DNA from: Octopus sinensis
Taxonomy: Eukaryota
Assembly (NCBI RefSeq): GCF_006345805.1
Contig: NC_043014.1
Coordinates: 55,287,118 to 55,351,117 of the forward strand
Length of the DNA stretch: 64,000 nucleotides
Direction of reading: 5' to 3'
Below the pieces are notes generated by a model that was not told the origin of the DNA, did not search any database, and saw nothing but the letters and a program-made list of their open reading frames with translations. Each line of letters starts with the position of its first letter. Within the stretch, counting starts at the first letter, position 1. Shown here piece after piece: positions 14,541 to 26,531 of this stretch. A program made the translations under genes and the position numbers.

Positions 14541-15228
14541 GTTTGTGTGTCTGTGTTTGTCCCCCCCCAACATCATTTGACAACCGATGCTGGTGTGTTT
14601 ATGTCCCCGTAACTTAGCGGTTCGGCATAAGAGACTGATAGAATAAGTACTAGGCTTACAAAGAATAAGTCCTGGGGGTCGATTTGCTTGATTAAAGGCG
14701 GTGCTCCAGCATGGTCACAGTCAAATGACTGAAACAAGTAAAAGAGTAAATAATACAATATTACATAAGCGTTTTATAATGTTCCTTTCTTTTCTGGAAA
14801 CTCGCTGGGTACTGGCAGCTGATGGCTCATAGACCGGCACCGGTCCAACGACCACCACTTTGAGTAGCACTGTGCTAGAGGGTGGTAGGAGTTTGCTACC
14901 CCTGCTAGCAATAAATGTTGTATATACAGGGAGCAGCCTCACACCGATAACCAGCTGGTGGAAGATCTGCCTGGGGTTAAACTCGTAGTGACATGGAAGA
15001 GCCACTTTGATGTGGTGATTGACCTGACTTGTTAGTAGAGTTACTTCTCTGATCTCTTCTTGAGATTTTTTTACAACCAGCTATTTTGCTTGTTTATGGG
15101 GTTTTTTTTTTTTTCCTTTGTAATGCATTTGATAAATACAGAGTGGACCAAAAGCCACGCACTAAAACCTTTTACAATACTAGTTTTAATCTTGGTGTTG
15201 ACATTTGACTCACCCTGTATAATTGATG

Positions 15229-15260
<32 letters not shown>

Positions 15261-18200
15261 AATAATAGTTGTATTTATCTTTGCAGTTATCGATTTCTGT
15301 TTGACCAAGAATTTGATGTGTGATACTCAGACAAATTTCACCAGTTTACAAATGGATTGGGCATCAAAAGCCAACTGTATTCAACGAAAAGGTAAAGTAG
15401 TCGAAATTATTGTCTAACATTTGCTAGAATATCATAACACTGCTTTGACCATCAACCCATATATATATATTTCTTGCATCATACGGTAATTGAGTGTCTC
15501 TTTCACTCTTTTAAGAAGTTAGTGCAAAAAAAAAGAGTCCCCCACCCACCTCCAATTAATGCCACTTTAAAAAGAAAAAAAACAACATAAAAAAAATCAA
15601 GTGCTGATGATGATGATGATGCTGGTTTTTCATAGTTTATTTTTAGATTACTCTTTACTCTTTTACTCTTTTACTTGTTTCAGTCATTTGACTGTGGCCA
15701 TGCTGGAGCACCGCCTTTTTTAGTCGAGCAAATCGACCCCGGGACTTATTCTTTGTAAGCCCAGTACTTATTCTATCGGTCTCTTTTGCCGAACCGCTAA
15801 GTGACGGGGGCATAAACACACCAGCATCGGTTGTCAAGCAATGCTAGGGGGACAAACACAGACACACAAACACATATAAATATTTACATATATACGACAG
15901 GCTTCTTTCAGTTTCCGTCTACCAAATCCACTCACAAGGCATTGGTCGGCCCGAGGCTATAGTAGAAGACACTTGCCAAGATGCCACGCAGTGAGACTGA
16001 ACCTGGAACCATGTGGTTAGTTAGCAAGCTACTTACCACACAGCCACTCCTGCGCCTAATAAATTAGTTTTAATTTATTATATTTTGGCACGTGAAAAAA
16101 ACATTGGAGCGAGGTCTTTGCCAGTGCCACTGGACTGGCTCCTGTGCAGGGGGCCCATAAAAAGCACAATTTGAGCGTGGCCATTGCCGGTGGCATGTAA
16201 AAGCACCCACTACACTCTCGGAGTGGTTGGCATTAGGAAGGGCATCCAGCTGTAGAAACTCTGCCAGGTCAGATTGGAGTCTGGTTCGCCAGACATCAGT
16301 CAAACTGTCCAACCCATGCCGGCATGGAAAGTGGATGTTAAACGATGATGATGATGATGATGAATGATGAATGTGGTTGGCGTTTGGTAGGGCACCCAAC
16401 TGTAAAAACCATACCAAAACTGACCCCACCTGTGCTTATGCCACATTAAAAGCACTCAGTCCACTCTGCAGGGTTGTTAGTGTTAGGAAGGGCATCCAAC
16501 CATAAAAACTGTGACAAAATAGACATAGGAGTCTGTTGCAGTCTTCTGTTTGGCCGGCTCCTGTCAAACCGTCCAACCCATGTCAGCATGGAAAGCAGAC
16601 GTTAAACAATGACAATGATGACTGTATGCTTGAGTTTAGCAAGACCCCAGATATCTCAGTGCTTTGTCATCTCCTTTGTAAGGCTCAGCATCTCTCCTTA
16701 TCCTACTCTCTAACTCCTTTCTTTTCCGACTGGAGTATCCAGGTATCTACTCTACACCAAAACACCTATATCTGTCCCCTCTCTACCTTTAATCTCTCAA
16801 CTGGCACAAATGCCACACCCTTCTCCTCCTCTTTTAAATTCTTTTTATTAAAAAAAACCCCTAGTCAAAATTTGTCTCTTTTGTTTTCTATAGGCCGGGC
16901 AGGTCGTGTGTCCAATGGTCGTGTGTATCGTCTCATCACACGGTCGTTTTGGCACAACCATATTCCAGATTACAACACACCAGAAATGCAAGTAAGTCAC
17001 CAAGTCTTAAATTGATTGATGGTGTGTGTGTGTGGGGGGGGGGTGCAAGAGCAAATTTCATTGTTAAGGAGTTAATATAATTATGTTGTTTGTTTGGAGT
17101 TTTAGCTTGAAAGGGAGGAGTTTTAGCTTAAATGGGAAGAGTTTTGTTTGAGTGGAGTTTTTGGGGGAGGAGTTTTAGCTTAAATGGGAAGAGTTTTATT
17201 TGAGTGAAGTTGGGGAGGAGTTTTAGCTTAAATGGGAGGAGTTTTGTTTGAGTGAAGTTGGGGAGGAGTTTTAGCTTAAATGGGAGGAGTTTTGTTTGAG
17301 TGAAGTTGGGGAGGAGTTTTGTTTGAGTGAAGTTGGGGAGGAGTTTTGTTTGAGTGAGTTGGGGAGGAGTTTTGTTTGAGTGAAGTTGGGGAGGAGTTTT
17401 AGCTTAAATGGGAAGAGTTTTGTTTGAGTGAAGTTGGGGAGGAGTTTTAGCTTAAATGGGAGGAGTTTTGTTTGAGTGAAGTTAGGGAGGAGTTTTTGCT
17501 TAAATGGGAGTTTTGTTTGAGTGAAGTTGGGGGAGAAGTTTTGTTTGAGTGGAGTTGTTGGGGAGGGGCATTTATTTTTCACAGCTTGATACCATTCCTG
17601 CTGTTAACTTCTCATCTCTAAAATAGAAGTAGTAGCCTTTTGTCAGTCAGGTAGACTGGGTCTAAGAAAGCTGTATGACATGCTTAAAGGCATATCACAA
17701 CTTAACAGAGCAGCTGTAACAAGATTCAAACTCCTGACCCTGTTCTTAGTAAGGTACCAATGCAACCCCTTCATCTTGCAGTCATTGCATATAAACTTCC
17801 CCCCTCCCCCCCAATCTGTCTTGTCTAATTTTACTGACATAATTTCTTTTCCAGAGATGTCCTCTTGACTTGTTGGTGTTACGAACTAAAATCCTCGACT
17901 TGGGTGAGCCTAAGGCCATTCTAGCCCTTGCACTTGCTCCCCCAAACCTCGATGATATTGAAAGGACCATCCTAGAGTTAAAAGAGGTAAGACTTTGTTT
18001 TCTCATCATCATCATCATCGTTTAATGTCCGCTTTCCATGCTAGCATGGGTCGGATGGTTTGACTGAGGGCTGGCGAACCAGATGGCTGCACCAGGCTCC
18101 AATCTTGATCTGGCAGAGTTTCTACAGCTGGATGCCCTTCCTAATGCCAACCACTCCGAGAGTGTAGTGGGTGGTTTTAAAGTGCCACCGGCACGAGTGC

Positions 18201-21200
18201 CAGTCTGGCGGTACTGGCAACGACCTCGCTCGAATCTTTTTACATATGCCACCGGCACAGGTGCCAGTAAGGCGACGTTGGTAACAATCATGCTCAAATG
18301 GTGCCCTTTTATGTGTCACGGCACTGGGGCCAGTCAGGCAGTACTGGCAATGACTTCGCTCGAATCTTTGAAATTTATCAACTCCCTAAGGATAAAGCAA
18401 AGTTCCATTGTTATCCTGGGGTCACATTAATTGATATAAATAATGTTTTGTTATAGTAAAAGAGTAGTAACTGGGTCTTACATCAAAGATTTGTTTTTCT
18501 TTTTACCTATTAACAATGAAGGTGGAAGAAATGTCTCAGGGATCTGCTCCCAATTGTGCAACAAAAATTGTGATAATTTACTCATTGTAGCCATGTAACT
18601 CCTCTACAGCAAGGACCCTGTTCTGGTCCCTTCCCTCACACTTAAACCTTTCATTCCATAGCATAAGCCCACCCCTTTTTCTGCTGTAGTCCCACTCAGT
18701 CAAAAACGAACTTACTCTTGAAGGCTGCTTGAGATAAGGAGTGCAGAATCACCTCCCTCCGACAAGTCATCCTAACGAGATGTCTGCGTTGGCTGGGTCA
18801 TGCCCTCCGCCGTCAACCAGGAGAATTCATCTACGAAGCAATTGCCTCAGCTCCCCTTCAGGGTTGGCGAAAGCGATGTGGTGGACAACGAAAAACCTGG
18901 CTGATGACGGTCAAGGCTGATCTGGAACCCAACCTAGGCACCCATGTTTACGGCATTTGCCGCTGGAATAAGGAGTGGTTGGAGATCACGTGGCCGTTAG
19001 CCTCAAATCGCCAGGTTTGGTTGGCGTTTGTGAGAGATGCAGCATTGAGGATGAATGAAGCCAGCTCAACCCGCCCCGGGTGAATGCTGTCTCAAGTCAA
19101 GTCAAAGTCCTGCATTGGATAAAGAAAGAATTTATTCTTGAAGAAGATTTCCTTTTGTTCTTTTAAGCACCAAAAATGGTGAGTTGATGATGCTGTGGCT
19201 TGGGTCTCATTGTCTTGTGTTCTTTTTTACTGTAGATTGGTGCTCTTGCTTTAACGCTGAATGGTGTCCCGAACCGGTATGATGCTGACCTGACTTACAT
19301 GGGCCGAGTTATCGCTTCCCTACCAACCGACATACGAATTGGAAAACTGCTTGTTTGGGGTCACGTTTTTGGTTTCCTCAAAGAATGTTTAATTCTTGGT
19401 AAGTCTCAAATGGCACCTTTCTCTCCACATTTAGACGTATTCTACTGTCTTGGATCCTAGCAGATTTAAGAATCCATGATTGACAGACCCCCCCCCCAAA
19501 AAAAAACAAGCAAAATAATATTTTTGATATTTGGCTATGAGTGGTGATGGTGATAGGTGAATGTGCACGTAGGAAAGCAGACCCTGGAAGCTGACAGAGG
19601 ACTGGAGAGGAACCAGACAGGTGTGTTGATTGGTATATTGACAGACATACACTCAGTCATCTTGGGCAAGTGTCTTCTACTATAGTCTTGGGCCGACCAA
19701 ATCCTTGTGAGTGGATTTGGTAGACGGAAACTGAAAGAAGCCCGTCGTATATATGTATATATATATTATATATATATATATGTATGTGTGTGTGTTTGTG
19801 TTTGTCCCCTGTCAACATCACTTGACAACCGATGCTGGTGTGTTTATGTCCCCATCACTTAGCGGTTCAGCAAAATAGACCAATAGAATTAGTACTGGGT
19901 TTACAAAGAATAAGTCCCGGGGTCAAGTTGCTTGACTAAATGTGGTGCTCCAGCATGGCCACAGTCAAATGACTGAAACAAGTAAAAGAGTAAAGAGTAA
20001 AGAGAGATATACTGATTGATACAGTAAACAGAAATATACTTTCATTTAGTCATGTAGTAACAGTAGTGGTATGGAGACATGTGCTGCTGCATCCACTCTT
20101 TGTTGGTGATTCCCTACCATTCCTGGTGGACGACGCCTTTGCACCTTGGGCAGGTGTCTTCTACTATAGCCTCGGGCTGACCAAAGCCTTGTGAGTGGTT
20201 TTGGTAGACGGAAACTGAAAGAAGCCCGTCGTTCATACATATATATATGTTTGTATGTCTGTATTTGTCCCCCAACATTGCCTGACAACCGATGCTGGTG
20301 TGTTTACATCCTCGTAACTTAGCGGTTCGGCAAAAGAGACTGATAGAATAAGTACTGGGCTTACGAAGAATAGGTCCTGGGGTTGATTTGCTTGACTAAA
20401 AGCAGTGCCCCAGCATGGCTGCAGTCAAATGACTGAAACAAAGAATTTGTTATGATCATTTTAAAAAATTTCCTATCTTCCTCAACCTAAGCAAAATGGT
20501 TCTGTGTAGCTGGAACCCAATCATTTCTGGCAGGTGTATAAGATTTATCTATCATATTCAGAACATACACGTGGCCCCTTCATTCAGCCTGTCATCGTTT
20601 TGTTATCTCCAATTAGTGTTTATAATGTCTAACATCAATTAAACTCTTATTTTTTTTTTTATTGTTTGTTATTTCTAAAAACCCATTGTCTTTCGTCTTC
20701 TGTAGCTGCAGCCTTGTCCTTAAAAAGTGTGATATCTCGGCCGTACAAAAAGCATCTTGAATCTTACCAGTAAGTATTTCGTTTCATTAAGTTGACCTCA
20801 GCAGGATTTGAATTTTATGTTTTGTGTTCGGATCCACCAAAGCCACTTTTGCTGTTTCATTCTTCCATGGTTGATGAAATAAACACCAATCAAAGTAATG
20901 GTGTGTGTGGGTGGGGTGGGTGGGTTGATATTGACTTCAACCCCGTCCCCTCATCTCTCTAAATCTTTGGCCTTCTGCTACTTATGTAAGAGATTATTAT
21001 TATTATTATTGAGTAATCGACTAGTCTCCTCTCACAAACTTTCGGGCCTTGTGCCTTCATTCCTAGCATAAAGCTGTCACCCTCTCTAACTCGTCTCGGT
21101 CAAAGGAAATCTTGGTTTTGCAGGTTGCAGGGTGACCTCGCTGGGGTCTGTGGCACGAGAGGAAATAAAGCTCCCAGTTATGCGCTGTAGAGTGGTTGGT

Positions 21201-24200
21201 GTTGGGAAGGGCATCCAGCCATGGGACCTGTACCAATCATCATCATTGTTCGACCGTGGTCGAGACAATGGAATTTACCATGCTATGCCAGACTTCATGG
21301 TCCATCATGGCATTATGGCTCAGACATTAGAGGGTGATGCAGTTGTCAGACCCATCGGTTCCAGTCCATTATTGGCATGGAACTTAGGATGGTGATCATG
21401 AAACTGCTCCATGATTTTTTGGGTCCTTAAATACAGAAGCCAACCATTTTGTTTCCAATTTGTCTTTGATGTATTTTCTTCTTTGATTCTCCCCAGGCGT
21501 AAATTCAGCTGGGCAGATGCTTCGTTCAGTGATTGCATTGCCATTGTAAACATCTACAAGGTAAGTCCTTTTTTTTTTGTTTGTCTTAACCCCTTTATTT
21601 TCTAAACTGTTGTTGTTTAACCCCAGGCCATCCTTACCCCAAGAGATTTTTGATCAAAGTTCTTCCAGCTGTGTCCTTATTGTCTTTTGTTTTTCAGCTA
21701 TATTACATCTAGGACTACAGTAAAAAAAGTATCCCCTTTTAATACAATTGGTTTAACCCTTTCATTACCAACCCGGCTGAAACCGGTTCGGGCTCTGAGT
21801 ACAAATGTCTTTTTTACATAAGTTCTGAATTAAAATCTTCCACCAAACCTTAGTCACAATTTATGTTCCTAACACTAGCTGAATGATAACCAAGTTATTT
21901 TACTAAATTCTTTGTTCTATTTAAAATCAATTGAATGAAACACAGAGCATCTCAACAGAAATATGGTAACAAAAGGGTTAAAGACAGTCAGTCAAATGTG
22001 TCTTCAATTTGCACAAGATTTGGCTGCTATTTCTAACAAGTCAAACAACTATGTGAAACAAAATCTGCAAATTAACCCTTTTGATACCAGCCTGGCTGAA
22101 ACTGGCTCTGGCTCTTTAGTACAAATGTCTTGTTTTCATAAGTTCTGAATTAAAATCTTCCACCAAACCTTAGTCACAATTTATGTTCCTAACACTAGCT
22201 TAATGATAACCAAGTTATTTTACTAAATTCTTTGTTATATTTAAAGTAATTGAATGAAACACAGAGCATCTCAACAGAAATACGGTAACAAAAGGGTTAA
22301 AGACAGTCAGTCAAATGTGTCTTCAATTTGCACAAGATTTGGCTGCTATTTCTAACAAGTCAAACAACTATGTGAAACAAAATCTGCAAATTAACCCTTT
22401 TGATACCAGCCTGGCTGAAACTGGCTCTGGCTCTTTAGTACAATGTCTTGTTTTCATATTTCTGAATTAAAATCTTCCACCAAACCTTAGTCACAATTAT
22501 GTTCCTAACACTAGCTTAATGATAACCAAGTTATTTTACTAAATTCTTTGTTATATTTAAAGTAATTGAATGAAACACAGAGCATCTCAACAGAAATATG
22601 GTAACACAAGGGTTAAAGACAGTCGTCAAATGTGTCTTCAATTTGCACAAGATTTGGCTGCTATTTCTAACAAGTCAAACAACTATGTGAAACAAAATCT
22701 GCAAATTAACCCTTTTGATACCAGCCTGGCTGAAACTGGCTCTGGCTCTTTAGTACAAATGTCTTGTTTTCATAAGTCTGAATTAAAATCTTCCACCAAC
22801 CTTAGTCACAATTATGTTCCTAACACTAGCTTAATGATAACCAAGTTATTTTACTAAATTCTTTGTTATATTTAAAGTAATGAATGAAACACAGAGCATC
22901 TCAACAGAAATATGGTAACAAAAGGGTGTTAAAGACAGTCAGTCAAATGTGTCTTCAATTTGCACAAGATTTGGCTGCTATTTCTAACAAGTCAAACACT
23001 ATGTGAACAAAATCTGGCAAATTAACCATTTGATACCCAGGGCTGAAACTGGCTCTGGCCTTTGTAGTAAAATGTCTTGTTTTCATAAGGTCTGAATTTT
23101 AAAATCTTCAACAAACCTTAGTCACATTTATGTTCCTAAGATTAGCTTAATGATAACCAAGTTATTTTACTAAATTCTTTGTTATATTTAAAGTAATTGA
23201 ATGAAACACAGAGGATCTCAACAGAATACGGTAACAAAAGGGTTAAAGACAGTCAGTCAAATGTGTCTTCAATTTGCACAAGATTTGGCTGCTATTTCTA
23301 ACAAGTCAAACAACTATGTGAAACAAAATCTGCAAATTAACCCTTTTGATACTAACCCAGCCAAAACTGCATCTGGCTCTGAGTACAAATGTCTTGTTTT
23401 CATAAGTTTTGAATTAAAAACCTTCCACCAAAACCTTAGTCACAATTTATGTTCCTAAAACTAGCTGAATGATAACTAAGCTTCAAAACAACAAATGGTT
23501 GTGACTTTCGTTGTCTTCGTTTTTTCTTTCTTTTTTATTGCATCTTTTTTCTCAAGTTCAGTTTTTTTTTTCTCAATTCCTTGAAAGAAGAAACAATGTT
23601 TTCTGTTTCTGTTTCATCAGGTCTGGGAAAGGAATTGGGCCCATGGTATTTTCAAAAGACGTGGCCAGTCAGAAGTGGAATGGGGAAAAGCAAACTTTGT
23701 GCAAATCAAAAGAATACATGAGGTAAGGATTTTTCACTTCATCAATAATCAATAATCAATAATCAATAATCAATAATCAATATGCACCACCAACATTTAT
23801 GTTGTGTTTCAATAAATTTAGAAAATAAAGAATTTGGAAAAGATCGATGGAATAGTAGCAGACTTAAAAAAATAAGTCCTGGGGTTGATCATCATCGTTA
23901 TTGTTTAATGTCCGCTTTCCTTGCTGGCATGGGTCGGATGGCTTGACTGAGGACTGGTGAGCCAGAGGCTGCACCAGACTCCAATCTTGATCTGGCAAAG
24001 TTTCTACGGCTGGATGCCCTTCCTAACACCAACCACTCCGAGGGTATAGTGGGTGCTTTTACATGCTACCGGCACGAGGGCCAGTCTGGTGACACTGGCA
24101 ACAATCACGCTTGAACGGTGCTTTTCATGTGTCACTGGCATGGGAGCCAATCCGTGACCCTGGTAACGATCATGCTCGGATGTGCTTTTAACATTCCACT

Positions 24201-26499
24201 GGCACAAGTGCCAATCAGGCGGTACTGTCATCGGCCATGTCAGCTATTTTGATTTGTTTACACTTGCCTCAATAGGTCTTTGCAAGCAAAGTTCAATGTT
24301 CAGTGAATGAGGGGTACTCATAAGTGGGTCAGTTACAACCACTGGCATAGGCCATGGGCTATGGTCTCACTTGGCTTGTCGGGTCTTCTCCAAAGCATAT
24401 CTCCAAAGGTCTCAGTCACTAGTCATTGCCTTGGTATGCCCCAATGTTTGAAGGTCGTGCTTCACCACCTCATCCCAGGTTTTCCTGGGTCTAACTAAAC
24501 TTTGCTGAAAAGAAAAATCAAATAGCATTTCAACTCTGAGTATATGTGTGTATGTGTGTTCATGTAAGAGGGAAGTATGTGAATGTTTGTACCTGTGATT
24601 ATTCTGTATTTCATTTTGTACCTTATTTACATATGAAATACTACAATTAGCTATCATTTTTGATGGCATGGCACCAGCTGGTTATTCTACAAACATGAGA
24701 GTGAGTATTATGTATTAAATTTCATTACACACGAACAATAAAATGTCCTTGTTTCATTTTAGCTTGCTGAACTTATCCGGGAGTTAGAGTTCCGACTGAC
24801 ACAGTTCAATCTTCGTATTCCAAGCAAGTCGCCAGAATCGAAGAAAGACCTCAACCATCCGGAAGAGAAACTTTTGTTCAAGGTTTCATATTTATTTTTT
24901 TTTATCCTGCTTAGACTCATTTTTTTTTTTACTAGAAAAAGAATATTTCTTTATTTTTACTTAAGTCAGTGAGAGTAAGAAGAGTGTTAGCCATAACCTT
25001 TCCGGAAACCCTGAGGTTTTTGGAAGGAAAGAAGTTCACTGCAGACTGTTGACATGACTCAAGTACTTGCAGTAGTGGCGGGTACTCTGCTGGTTATGAT
25101 GACAAAGGTTCCAGTTGATCTGATCAATGGAACTGTCTGCTCATGAGATTAAGGTGCCAGTGGCTGAGTACACCACAGACACGCGTACCCTTAATGTAGT
25201 TCTCAGGGGTAGGAGAGATTCACTGTTGCATAGAATGTGACAAGGCTGGCTCCTTTTGAATTACAGGTACTATTCATTGTTGCCAGCTGAGTGAACTGGA
25301 GAGACATGAAATAAAGTGTCTGGCTCAAGGACGTAATGCAGAGCTGGGAATTGAACTCACAAAGTTACAATCATGAGCCAGACACCCTAACCACTAAGCC
25401 ACACTTGCAGTGGTGGACTTCACAGAAAAAAAAACATAAAGACCTGGTGGTGGTGATGGGTTAAGTCTACCATGGAATAAAGGGAGTGATCTTTTCCCCG
25501 AAGGGAGAGGACCATTCTGTGCAGTGTTCCTTTGTCAAATTCCATTTACAAAGTTTTGGTCAACTCAAGGTTATGGAAGAAGACAATGGCCCCTGGTCTC
25601 TTCATAGTCAGATTGGATTTGAAACCACAACTTGTAAATCAAAAGCTTCTTCACCATAATTGGATATTTCTGCCTGGCAAGGGTTTCCAGCTGCTCCACG
25701 AAACATTAAAGGACATTTAAGAAATAGAGAAATTGAAAGCAGGCGGGTTTTTGGGGTCATAATAAGCAGCACATCTCTGAGACATGCTTACAAAGACCTT
25801 TCATGAAAGGACGGCAAGGAAAGAGGGATCAATGAAAAGGTTGACCCCGCCCCCCTAGAAACTCATTTGTGTTGTTCAAATTCTGCTGAGGTTGACTTTG
25901 CCTTTCATCCTTTCAGGGTCAATAAATTAAGTACCAGTTGCATACTGGGGTCTGTGTAATTGACTTAATCCCTTCCTGTAGATTTGAGGCAGGTTTTTTA
26001 TTTCTGTTGTTGTTTAACCCTAGGTCAGTTGTGACTGAGTTGACCTCTGATCAATTTGTAACTACTTCTGTCTATCTAGGACTACATTATCAAATGTGTT
26101 TATTCTTATTCAAAACAGTAAAATGTGATTTGAAGGAGATTTGGCTGCTGTTTCATGAATGCTGCTTGACCCTGTAGGGGGCTCTCTTGTCTGGCTCCAG
26201 GGCTAAGCATGTATGGAGCATAACTTAACTGTTATTAGGTTTTTGCCTTTTAATTTAGTATTTCACAAATAACCATTCTTCAATCTCTTTCTTTCTCTTC
26301 AATATCTTTTCTCTCTCCCCCTTTCTCTTTGATATCTTTTCTCTCTCCCTTTTTCTTTCCTTCTCTAATATTTTCTCTCTTTCTCTTTCCTTCTCTTTAA
26401 TATCTTCTCTTACCTTCTCTTTAATATCCTCACGCTCTCTCCCTCTCTCTCTCTCCCTCTCTCTCTCACTCTCTCTCTCTCCTTCTCTTTAATATCTTA

Positions 26500-26531
<32 letters not shown>

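Noticed and set aside
21963-23458. Repeated 60-95 aa ORFs (MCLQFAQDLAAISNK...)
   Set aside because: Chance frames across the MITE-spacer tandem unit; broken by indels in other copies
21753-23484. CRISPR-like repeat-spacer appearance
   Set aside because: Eukaryotic intron; units are about 317 bp and the spacers are identical, so it is a tandem duplication
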